A program made the position numbers and the translations under genes. DNA of 63,973 nucleotides, counting the filler, from Octopus bimaculoides (Eukaryota): the NCBI RefSeq assembly GCF_001194135.2. It is 5 parts of 5 records of this genome, joined end to end, with 100 filler letters (N's around TTAATTAATTAA, not from the genome) between each part and the next. Parts side by side here need not be neighbours in the genome. Positions count along the whole stretch, not along the records: positions 1 to 23,938 come from NC_069000.1; 4 more parts are not named here. The stretch is one strand, 5' to 3'. How positions within the stretch are numbered: the stretch's first letter is position 1; each line of letters opens with the position of its first letter. The notes beneath the pieces were generated by a model. That model made no database searches, was not told the origin of the DNA, and saw only the letters and a program-made list of their open reading frames with translations. Shown in pieces: positions 1 through 12,200 of this stretch.

Positions 1-10
1 CTATACATAT

Positions 11-47
11 ACGTGTACATATACATCTATATATATATACATATACA

Positions 48-80
<33 letters not shown>

Positions 81-236
81 GAAAGTATCTGTCATTACAG
101 TATCGAAATGTGATTGTTTCAGTTAGAGGAATAACGTGTACATATACATCTATATGTATACATAAACATCTCTCTCTCTCTCTGAAAGTATCTGTCATTA
201 CAGTATCGAAATGCGATTGTTTCAGTTAGTGGAATA
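11..236. repeat. Two-copy tandem duplication (~125 bp unit) at window start
   Basis: acgtgtacatatacatcta...(CT)n gaaagtatctgtcattacagtatcgaaatg(t/c)gattgtttcagttag(a/t)ggaata occurs twice. Confidence 0.8.
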
Positions 237-447
237 GTTTCATTTTTAAAGTGAAAGTATTTGACATGAGTGTTTTTGTTTCACTTTTGACACGTAATAC
301 TTAAATAGTGGAGGAGATATTATGCTTCCGTGGGCTCGAACTCTGCAAGAAGTTTAAAAATTTCTTTGACTAAAACACAACTGGAACAGATGTAAGGCAT
401 CTGTAAAATTTGAATGAAATTGGTTGCGTAGTTCTTGAGTTTTAGGG

Positions 448-508
<61 letters not shown>

Positions 509-535
509 CATATTCTCATTTTTATATATATAGAT
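25..535. mobile_element. Possible non-autonomous, microsatellite-carrying Helitron/Helentron-like element (Lep1/HINE-like layout)
   Basis: Ends with ...aaatttgaatgaaattggttgcgtagttcttgagttttagggatt(CA)n(CAGA)n...ctcatttttatatatatagat, a layout that resembles microsatellite-bearing rolling-circle derivatives. CpG is retained. The left boundary is uncertain and may lie outside the window. Confidence 0.35.
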
Positions 536-2057
536 TAAGTCAGACTTAAAAGAGAGCGTTTCTAAAGCCAAGTGAAACAAAATGCACAAATTAAACAAGA
601 GAGAATAAAAAACAAAACAATAATAAGTAGGAGAAGGAAAACAACATGATTTCTAACAATAATAACTACCACCAGTAAAAATTGATCTTAGTGTTACAAG
701 TAGCATTGATTATACATTGATAATAGACTGATCAGCAGTAAATCACATAAATAAATAGTGTTAAGCCAAGATTACAAAATAATAATAATAATAATAATAA
801 TAAATAATAATAAAGAAAAATGAAACCAAATAGAAAATGAGAATCAACTAAACAGTGGGTTTATATGAGGAAGTTAGGATGTAAAGGATTGGTGTTAAAA
901 GTTTGAGATACTAGAGTTTAGGGTAAAAGGATTTAAGGTAGATCCTAAGGAAAAAAAGCTAATGAAAGTATTAGCATGCCATTTCCTATTTTCCGTAGCA
1001 GCCATATTCTGTGTCAAGTTTGGTGTGTACAATAATTTAACAGTGTGTCTGTTAAATATCATGCGATATTTAAGCGTAGATGTCCAATATATCCGTAGCT
1101 ATGTTCAGCTCAAAGAGGGGATTGAACTATATTATTTTCTTCTCCTCTAACATATTCTTACAAGTATAATCTAAAATTCACCTGACTACTGGGTTCATAG
1201 ATAGTGTTGAAATTCATACCGGTATGCTGAAAGGGGTTCATTAAAACTTACTATGTTTCAGTAGTAGCAGTTATATTATGTAACCAACTGCCAGAATATT
1301 TAGTTGGATAGTCAGTTGTTTTAGCTTAGGTCTACTACTCACATAGCATTGGTCAGCTATGCAGTAGGACTGCACCTGAAGCCACATGGTTGGGAAGCAA
1401 ACCTCTTAACCACAATGTCATTCCTGTGAGTCAACGAAAGAAATTGGTGACCAAGGCAGAACACATTATGTCCAAGATGGATCTTATTCTTTCACTGGTT
1501 TCAATCATCAGACTATAACAATGTTATGTCAATACCTTTAGGGGTTTAATTGGATCATATTGATTCCAGCTTGCTAATTTATCAATCTTTATTAATCAAA
1601 ATGTGAAGTTACAGGTCACAAATAGACAAAAATGATGTACACAAATATAAACACTTGCACATACCTAGCTCAGTATATGTGTGTGTGTGTGCATAAATAC
1701 AATTAACTGTTGCATAGTTTGCATCAACCAGGTTCCATTCTCAAGGCTAGACTGGGATTATAATAAAAGACACCTGCCCAAGGTGCCATGTAGTAAAATT
1801 GAACACAGAATCATATGCTTATGAAGTGATCTTCTTAACAACATAGCTATGAATGACTTCAGGGTATTGCTGATTTACAGACTCTCAGCATAAAATGTTT
1901 ATTTTATTAATATCAAAGGAAAAGGAAAAACAACTTTGCTACTTGCATGAATTTCGACTTTGAAACAGGAGGTATCAGCATTTTACAATTTTGAGTGTTA
2001 ACATATAATATAAACACAGCGGAAAAGTGAAGAAAGTAATAGATAAATATTTCTTAC

Positions 2058-2190
2058 AACAATTGGGTAGACAGTAGCTTCTTTAACAATGAACTTCTTC
2101 ACTCGGAATCCTTGACTCAGGTGAGCAGCCTGATACACAGCACCTAAAGCAGCAGCATCATCTGTGTTGATACTTTTACCCAGCTCTTTG
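2058..2190 (-). CDS. HYOU1: HYOU1 coding exon 12 ([44 protein letters not shown])
   Basis: Acceptor ctacttttctag, donor gtaaga; end of the nucleotide-binding domain. No further exon was found in 1-2057, so the gene continues beyond the window. Confidence 0.93.
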
Positions 2191-5100
2191 CTAGAAAAGT
2201 AGAAAACAAAAAAGAGAATAATCTTAAAATCATTAATCTGGGGTAAAGTTGGATGGAAGTGAGCAGGGGAATGTGTGAGAGCTGAAGTGAGTCAATATGA
2301 GGATGAGGGGTGGGTGTATCAGTGAGATTAATATATTAAATAGATAATAACAACATAACCATATTCCTAGATTTGATCCTTAGTTGGAGTCACTCTAAAT
2401 TCACTTAATACTTTGTTAAAAGGTACAAATCTTATAAACTCACAAACTCCATGAATATGTAAGAATTCATTATTTTCAAAGTAAGTTTCATTTGCTAATT
2501 AGTTATGTTTTGAATCTACTTGTTGTCTTCATCAATTGCCATGGACGTTAAAATTTCATACTTAATCTCTTACTCCCTTTCTGGCCATAACATACACTGC
2601 CTTTGTCAATAATGTCTAAAAAAGACACCTAACAAGTATTTTGTCATTTGTTGAAAGTATTATAAATGCTGTATGAATACAAGGTAGGTCCAAGCTTCCT
2701 CAAAATACTTGGCGTTAACTGGAGGATGCTCATGAACTGGGAGATGTAGGTTGCCAGAAAGAAGTTAGGAGCTCTCTATAAACAGAAAGAGTTACAATGT
2801 TCTGTCAACAGCTGACAGAAATACTTTCAATGTATTGATTTTATAGAAGTTATGTACTTAGATTTAGACTTTTCTCACTTTACAGTGTAGCAATTTTATT
2901 TAAAAAGAATAGTCATACAACTTAGTAGATTGCTTCAGCATAGCTCATACAACCAAATCTAACCTTTATAAAAAAGAATAAAGGACATTGAAAGGATAGC
3001 TAGAACAAAATAAATTGTAATGTGATGTTACACTCAGAAACCTGAGTATGTCTGTGAGATTATGTTCAGAAACTCAAGTGTAACTTCAGTGACATCATTT
3101 TCAGTAACCCAAGTGTAATTTCAGTGGCATTATTTTTCAGAAATAAGGATGAAGCTTATGCAAAGTCAGGTGATATAGATGAATACAAGTTGGTATTTCT
3201 AAATAAGAGTTATTGACTTACCGTTTTACAGCTTTAAGCAGACTCTCTTGAACTTTAGGAATACGAGTTCCACCTCCCATTAAGATTACATCTTTAATTT
3301 CCTCCTACAATTAGATTTTTAAAAATTTTTTATCCTATTGATCAAGCAGTATATAAATCAAGATTAACAGAGCAAATTTTTCTTCCATCTTACCAAAGTT
3401 ATTTCAGAATATTCTAAGGCTTTCTTAATTGGCATTGTAACACGTTCAAAGAGGTCAGCATTGAGTTCTTCAAAGATACTTCGAGTGACTTTTATACGCA
3501 TGTCCTGATTATCAATCAAATTCTCCACTTGAGCATAATGTTCTGTGTTGGCACTTAAAATCATCTTTACACGTTCAGCTTCTTTAAAAAGCTTTGCCAT
3601 ACTACGCTGGTTTTTGAAGACATCCTGTTTTGTGAGTTTTTTCTTGTTAAATTGCTCAGCAAGATAGTTTCTGAAACGCAGAGTCATCTCAAGACCACCA
3701 AGTCTATTATCAAATCTGGAAAAGAAAAAAATGAGCCAGTGTGGGAGACATGTAGAGATTTACCTGTTAGCATTCTAACTCATTTAAACAAATCAAATTC
3801 CCTTCTTTTTCTAAGGAAAAGATATCTCATTTAATAAATCCACAGTTATAGACATCATTACAGGGTTTTACATCCATCAGATTTAAGCATTATTTGAATG
3901 AATCATCCAACCATTTCAGTTAGTGGTTTTGTACATAAATATATATATCATCATCATCGTTTAATATGCATGGGTAAGACGGTTCACAAGAGCTGACCAG
4001 GTAGAAAAACTACTCTGTGCTACTGTGTCTGTTTTGGCAGGGTTTTTCTGGCTGGATGCCCTTCCTAAGAGCAACCACTCTGCAGAGTGGACTCAGTGCT
4101 TTTTATGTGGCACAAGCACAAGTAAGGATAGTTTTGGCATGGTTTTTACAGCTGGATGCCCTTCCAAATGCCAACCATTTTACAGTGTGATTGAATGCTT
4201 TTTAGGTAGCACCAGCACTCACAAGACAAGGAATTATGAGAGGGGCAGTAACATTTGAGGAGGGGAACTCGTGTCAGAGGATGAAAGGTTATAGGGTTAC
4301 AAAGAGACAGAAACAAGTGTCTTGCTATAACAGAGGAGGTGATCCAGTATCAGATGAATGATTAGAGTGTGACAGAGAAACAGGGAGGCAAAAATAGGTG
4401 TCTAATAGAGAGGTGGTACATGATTACTCAGTAAGAGAGAGAGTGACCAAGAATGAGAGCAGAAATAGGTGTGCTGCTGCAGAGGAGATACACAGCTACC
4501 CATCCAGAGAGAGGGGGGAAAGGGGGAGGGGGAGAGAGAGAGAGAGAGACTGTAGGAAACTGCAGAAGTGTAAGAAAGAGCAGGAGAGAGATAGTAAAGT
4601 GCCAGGGTATACTCACAAGTAATGAGGATCAGAGCCTAGATGTGATGGTAGAGTAAAGAAAAGAGAGGTACAAAGGCCATAATATATGCGGTCAGGTGTT
4701 GCCAAGAAGGTGCAAATAGCGAGTTGGAGTTTCAGTGACTGGTGGAAACTTGGGTAGAGGACAGTGATGGCAGGAAAGGGAAGAATGGAGACAAACATAA
4801 ATATATTTTCTTAGAGACCTGCACAGAAAGAACTTCAGAGCAATGCAGGATAATTAAAATCAGGCCACTTTGTTTTTGTATTTGGTTTGAAAGATTCTTT
4901 ATGTGAATTTGCGCATTGAAACATATTGTGGTGTAATGACTTTCCCTAGACTCAATAAAAGCATTCCATAAATACTTTAAATCCCTTATCATAACACTCC
5001 TCTGCCGTAAGTGAAAATCTCACTGGGGTAGACTTTTCCTAAGCACAACTCTTGGATTTAGCTGTATTGAAATTTAAAATGGCTTTAGCAATAATTAAAC

Positions 5101-6182
5101 ACAAACTTATAAGAATAAAAGTTACCAAGCAACTTACGCTACTCCATGTATGGTCAGTTGTGGGTTAATATCACGGGTATCTTCTTTGCTTTGACTAAGA
5201 ACGTATCCTGGAAAATAACAGTAAATGCATTAAAATATTTCAGTGTCCTAGAAAGTATCAGTAAATGCATTGAAATATGTTTGAGATCATCAATATAAGT
5301 CATAGAAGTTCATCACACATTATTATTTGTGTCTTTAATAGGGCAGAATTCCTTATACAGTTATTTTCTCACTAGTTTGGATGCATTCAAGTCCCTTTCA
5401 CCAATTCCAGTATTACTGCACCTCTTGTATCACAGCCACTCAAAATCTAATGCCAGATATTAGCATCATACTATTTTCCTTTTGTGCGGAGTAAGTAAGT
5501 GTCTTATCAACAAAAGTAGATATCTCTAAACTTCTTATATCCAAACTTGCTACTGCTTCCTCTTATCAACTACTAATAATTTTGTCTATTATTTACAAAT
5601 TAGTTCATGATTAAAGATAGTGGCCTCCCTACTTTTCAATAAACATAAGTGCATACATGTGTATTTTATAATCTTAAAGTTACAATAAGGCAGTGAGCTG
5701 GCAGAATCATTAGCACGCTGGATGGAATGCTTAGTAGAATTTCGCCCGTCGCTACGTTCTGAGTTCAAATTCCACCAAGGTTGACTTTGCCTTTCATTCT
5801 TTCAGGGTCAATGAAATAAGTACCAGTTACACACTGGGGTCGATATAATCAACTAGCCCCCTTCCCCCAACATTTTCAAGGCCTTGTGCCTAGAGTAGAA
5901 ATAATGATTTTAAAATTATAGTGCCAACATTTCATCAAAAGAAAATCATCATCATTGTTGTTTTTTCCATAGCATGGATTAGATAAACCTTGTTAAGGCA
6001 GATTTTCTACGGCTAAATGCACTTATCACCAACCCATAACAATTTTGTATGTACAATATTTTCATTCCACTGGCCCTCAAATATCAAAACCAACAAAGCT
6101 GCTGAAATTATAAGAATATTTACTGGAGAATTGTAAGCATCACAGCTTTTGCATATTCAGTGTTAATCAGGACATGAAGATA

Positions 6183-6245
<63 letters not shown>

Positions 6246-9200
6246 GTGCACGTGCCATGGGCTGGACAGCTTGACAGGAACTGGTAAAACCAGGGACCAC
6301 ACCAAGTTCCATAGTCTGTTTTGGCTTAGTTTCTACAGCTAGATGCCTTTCCTAACCACTTTACAGAGTGCAAAGGGTGCCTTTTATGAGGAACCATCAC
6401 CAGCACTTTTTATGTAGCACCACCACCAGTGCTATTTATGTGGCACCAGCACCATTGTTTTTTATATGGCACCAACACCAATCTTTTCGTGTGGCACTCT
6501 GCTTTTAAAATATCTATTTTGTTGTGGTGGATGGGTCTTCTTGAGTACAGCAATGCACCACATATCTCGGTCCCCCATCATCTTTGTAAGGCTCAGTGTT
6601 TTGAGATCGGCCTTCAATACTTCATCTCATAGCTTCTTGGGTTTCCCTCTTCCACAACTTCCCTCCACTTTAAATGACCAGCACTTCTTTATGCAATTAT
6701 CCTCATCTATCTGTACCATGTGACTAAACCAGTGCAGTCTCCTCTCTTGCATACTAAGAATATGCCAACTTTTCTCTCCTCTCAATACACTAGTGCTCTT
6801 TGAACTTTCTTCATCCTATTCTTATTCTAGCAATTACATTTTCTGTACAACCTCCTCCATTGCTAATTAGGTCACCTAGGAAGCAGAAATTATCTACAAC
6901 ATCCAGAAAGCCTCCAGGACATTTGGGAAAATTGGTTTCCCATGTATTTGTGGTCTTTATGGCTCCTAACCATCTAAATACACACACATTACTTTCTCTG
7001 TTAACTCTCCAACTATTTCACTTCACCTCTTGCACTGGGTACACCAAATGGGATTTCTGCCTACACCCTTTCCACATATCGAGTAGGGCCATTTATCTGA
7101 AGGGTGATGGGTCCTGTCTGATTTCTTGCTTACTAGGACCTTGGTCTTTGCTAAGTTAACTTTAAGACCTTTTGGCTTCAGCTTCTGTTTCCACACCTGG
7201 AATTTCTTTTCTCTGGGTGGGAAGCAAACTTCTTACCATACAGCCAACTGCGCACATACACACACACACACTCATATATGTATGTTATTTATTTGGTCAG
7301 CTGGAATTAGAACAAACAGGGTACCCAGAGTTTCACCAGACAACTGGTACCATGGGGGTGAATATGACCCCCAGCCTTATTTAAAACACTAGATGATCCA
7401 AACTGTTAGGTTTTATGTTTCAATATCTCACCTAATTTTTATTTAACATTCTTTCTAACTGTTTTCACACTTGCAATTTTGTCTGTCTTATTATTATGAT
7501 TACATTTTTTAGTTTGGGATCAAACTAACCCCTCAGTACCATCTACGTTATAAATTTATATTTCTTTGCTTTCAGGTTCTGTGATGTCTAAAGCAGTGAA
7601 CAATGTCTAAAAATCAAAAGTTGGATCCACACAGGTTGATGGAGATCTTAGAAGAGGCAAATCAACAGCAAAGAGGAGGATGATATTGAAGATGAATTGA
7701 GCTGGTGTAAAAGTGAGCCCAAACTTGATGCCCTGTCAGCTTCGAACAGTGAAGAAAGTGCAAGTGATTCTGAATCTGGAGAGAACCACGATTCTGTTAG
7801 TCAAGAAGTATGAGGGAAAGAGGATTATTTGTATTCAATAAAGCAAAAAAACTGAAAGAACACCAAGGTGAATATTGTCATAAGGACACTGAGGCTAAAG
7901 GGTAAAGGATGTAAGGCAGATGCACCCTTGGAATCATTCAAAGCTTTTTTTTTTCTTTTTTGGGATAAATCTATGCAATCAGAAATTGTAACATGGACAA
8001 ATCAAAAGATTGAAAATGTGAGGAAGAGTTACAAAAGCAGCCCTGAATTCATATATGATGCAAGCAAGACAGAATTCTGTGCCCTCTTAGGTATTCTCAT
8101 GTTATTGGGTGTTACAAAAAGCTCCTAGGAAAATACTGCAAGTGTCTGAGCCATGATGGTACTGGAAAACCTTTATGCATAGCCGCAATGAGTCAGGAGC
8201 ATTTATTGTTTCTCATGTATTGCCTATTTTGATGATTCCACCTAAAGAAATCAGCAAAGAGACATTGACAAGTTAGTACTTATTTGATACATCAACAAAA
8301 AGTTTGTCGTGGCTTGCAAAGAAAACTACACACCAAGAACTAGCTGTACAGTTGATGCAAGTCTTCTTGGATTCAGAGGAAGGGGCAGTTTCAAGCAATA
8401 TATCTCAAACAAACCAGCCAAAAATGGGATCAAGGTGTATGTTCTAGCTGATGGCCAATCATTCTAATTGGTTTCTTCCAAAATTTATGCAGGAACTGGC
8501 ACTCATACACCAGGATTATGAGTACCAACCCAAGTGGTTCTGGGTTTGACTAGGCCAGTCTCAGGAACAAACAGAAACATTACCATTGATAACTATTGCA
8601 CATCCATTTCTCTGGCCATAGAACTGAAATCAAAGAACCTTACTCAAGTAGGCACCATGAAAAAGAACAAACAATGCATATATCCCAGCTTCTTCATAAA
8701 AGCAGATGAAGGAACAGTGCATCACACATGTTGACCATGCCTAACAACTTCACTTTACTATTAATTGCTCCGAAGAAAAACAAGAGAGCAGTGTTCTTAT
8801 TTACAATGCATGCTACTAAAAGTCAAGGCATAAATCACTGAGAAAGAAGAAACATGTTCTATAATCATGAAAAAAGAAGTACTAACTGTCACGATCAAAT
8901 GTGCACCCTCTATACAACATTAAGGAAAACAAGTGATTGGCCAATCAGGGTTTTCTATGGGATGCTTGACAGCTCTGCACTAAATGGATTTGTCATTTTA
9001 CTCACAATGAACCTGCCTTTGAGAGAAAGAGGAAACACAAGCTATTAAAATTTTTGAAAGAACTTTTGATTTTGTTCATCACTCTGCATGCTTAGTGCAG
9101 ATTGGGGACACCCCAGACACCTCAAGCTGTGGAATTTTTCCAGAAACACCTTCAGTTGTTAAAAGCATCATTCATCACAACACAAGAGATATTTCATTTG

Positions 9201-12200
9201 CCCAAGATCAAAGGGCAAGAAGACTGGGTTCATTTGTAGTGGATGCAATAACTCCATGTGTGATAGCAAGATGGTCTGGAATCAATGCCAGGATTAAAAT
9301 ATTTACACATAAAATGCTGAAATACTCAATAAACACTGATTAAAAAAATAAAAAAACAGATTTTCCAGCATTTTTAATGATGGGGATCAAACTGCCCCCA
9401 TGGTACTGCTAACATAATTTTTTCATGGTACCACAACAGGGTTAATAGTATTATATACTATGAAATATTACAACTTTATGTCATATATTTATGACCTGAT
9501 CACTGAAATTGAGGTGCAATGAATTATATCAAATGCACAACAAAACTGACACTTTATAGTACACAAATCTAAAAAGAAATAAAACATGAAGATAGTAATA
9601 GCAAATATTACTATATTTTGAAAGGTTACCATGAATATTTTGCAATATAATTCTGGAGCATTGTTGAGAGAGTCAGATAGGTTTCCTTGTAACTAAAAAT
9701 GGCAGAGGATCTACCCAACCCTCCAAAACAACATTCCTCCCTTTCGTATCCTTATCACTTCAGATCTCTCACCATCTAGAGGTTATATACTAAATAGACT
9801 TTAACAGACCGACATGTGCCTCATTGTTATTTTCGCCATTTATCCACCCCTTGCTATCCATTACTCTCACTGTCTTCTCTAGCACTGGTGCCACTATAAA
9901 AAGCACTCAATACACTGTAAAGTAGTTAGTGTTAGAAAGGTCATAGAAATAAAGCCATAGAAAACAAGCCAAAAATAAAACTTACAAGCAAAATGTGGTC
10001 CACATACCCAACACATTTAAGAAAGCTAAAATGATCTTTTCAACCCATATCAGCATGGAAAGAGAGCATAAAATGACAACAATAATGGTGTTTTGTTGTG
10101 GGCCTAAATACTTCCTGAAACCATCAATGCTGTTTGTCACTGTTGTGTTAAAAGCAACTAAAGCTGTTTTCAAAAACAAAATAAAACAAAACAAAAAAAC
10201 TTAACTCACCAACGACACTGGCAGTTGTGGAGCTGGCTCCCATATCATAAAATATAATGTATTGTGGTTTGTTGCTGAAATCCTTCCTACGGAATACTCC
10301 ATAATTCAAGGCAACTACAAATGGTAAATTATTTTCATCAAAAGTAGAAACATTTGCAAAATCACAACTTTAGAGACTTTAATAGAATCTCTAAACATAA
10401 CTATAATAAAAGAAAAAAAGAAGTTAAGAAAGGAATAGCATAAAAAGATAATAAAAATAATTTTCAACAACCAAGTTTGTTGACAGTAAAACCTTAAGGT
10501 ACCTAAATTTTTAAATAACTATAGAAGCAGCTACCCATTAAATTACCTTCATATTGGGTGGAAGTAGGGATTCACCAAGGATCAGCACTCAGCCCCCTCT
10601 TATTCATCATAGTTCTCCAGGCAACAACAGAGGAATTCAAGACAGGATGCCCCTGGGAGCTCCTCTATGCTGATGACCTTGCTCTCATAGCAGAATCACT
10701 ATCAGAACTAGAGAAGAAATTTCAGGTGTGGAAGCAAGGTTTAGAATTGAAGGGCCTTAGAGTCAATGTTGCAAAAACCAAAATCCTATTAAGAAGGATG
10801 GTGAACAAATCACAAACCCCTTCAGGTAGATGGCCCTGCTCAATCTGTAGAAAAGGTGTAGGTAGAAACTCCATAAGATGTACCCAGTGTAAGCTATGGA
10901 CACATAAGAGGTGCAGCAACATCAAAGCAAGGTTAACCAGGATGATAGCTTTTGTGTGCGGCAGATGCACAGGGGCAAAAAACACTGCAGATGCTCAGAT
11001 AATGGATTCCATTACGTCAGTGGGAGAAACTAGTTGTTAGCTTCCGCTACCTAGGTGACCAAGTCTGTAGTGGGGATGGATGCTCAGAGAGTGTTGCCAA
11101 TAGAATAAGAATAGCCTGGGCAAAGTTCAGAAAGCTCCTACCTTTACTGGTGACAAAGGGCCTCTTGCTCAGAGTGAAAGGTAGACTGTATGATGCATGT
11201 GTGTGAAATGCCATGCTATACAGCAGTGAAACATGGGCCATGACTGCTGAAGACATGCATAGGCTTGAAAGAAATGAAGCTAGTATGATCCACTGGATGT
11301 GTAATGTCGGTGTGCACACACAACAGAGTGTAAGTGCCCTGAGAGAAATGTTGGACGTAAGAAGCATCAGATGTGGTGTGCAAGAGAGATGACTGTGTTG
11401 GTACAGTCATGTGCTGTGTATGGATGAGGAGAGCTGTGTGAAGAAATGTCACTCCCTAACAGTGGAAGGAACCCATGGAAGAGGGAGATCCAGGAAGACA
11501 TGGGATGAGGTGGTGAAGCATGATCTTCGAATGTTGGGCCTCACAGAAGTGATGACAAGAGACTGAGACCTCTGGAGATATGCTGTGATTGAGAAGTCCC
11601 GGCAAGTCAAGTAAGATCACAGCTGTAGCCTATACCAGTGTCACATAACCAACCCATTTAAAAAGTACCTCTGAATCATAGGGCGACACACCGTACTTGA
11701 GGAGACCTATTGAGTCAAGTAAAATCTAAAATCAAATCACAATCAAAAATGGAAATGGTAATTGTGGCTGATGCCAGTGCACCTGACTGGCTCTCATGCT
11801 GGTGGCATGCAATAAGCACCATTCATGTGTGGGTTGTTGCCAGTGCCACCTGACTGGCTCAAATAAAAAGCACCATCCTGAACATGGTCGATGCCAGCAG
11901 TCCCACCCCGACTGGCTCCTGTTCCAGTAGCATGTAAAAAGCCAATGACAGTGTCACCTGACTGGCTCCTATGCTGGTGGCACATAAAAAGCACCCACTA
12001 CACTCTCGGATTGGTTGGTGTTAGGAAGGACATCTAGCTGTAGAAACATTGCCAGATTAGATTGGAGCCTGGTGCAACCTCCTGACTTGCCAGTCCCCAG
12101 TCAAACCGTTCAACCCATGTCAGCATGGAAAAACGGATGTTAAACGATGATGATGATGACAAATGTATAAAATAAATTTTAGAGTAAATGTCATTAAGAA

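Noticed and set aside
320-598. ORF with acceptor-like ttttacag as a candidate next HYOU1 exon
   Set aside because: The peptide (MPYICSSCVLVKEIFKLLAEFEPTEA) has no similarity to the expected Grp170 substrate-binding domain and lies in a repeat.
2700-2780. Exon-like stretch with tttatag acceptor between exons 11 and 12
   Set aside because: Exons 3304-3222 and 2190-2058 already join in frame with continuous Grp170 homology; this peptide is unrelated.
11765-12000. Regularly spaced ~55-60-bp repeats resembling a CRISPR-like array
   Set aside because: Eukaryotic context, no unique spacers, and located inside the RTE 3' UTR; an ordinary internal tandem repeat.
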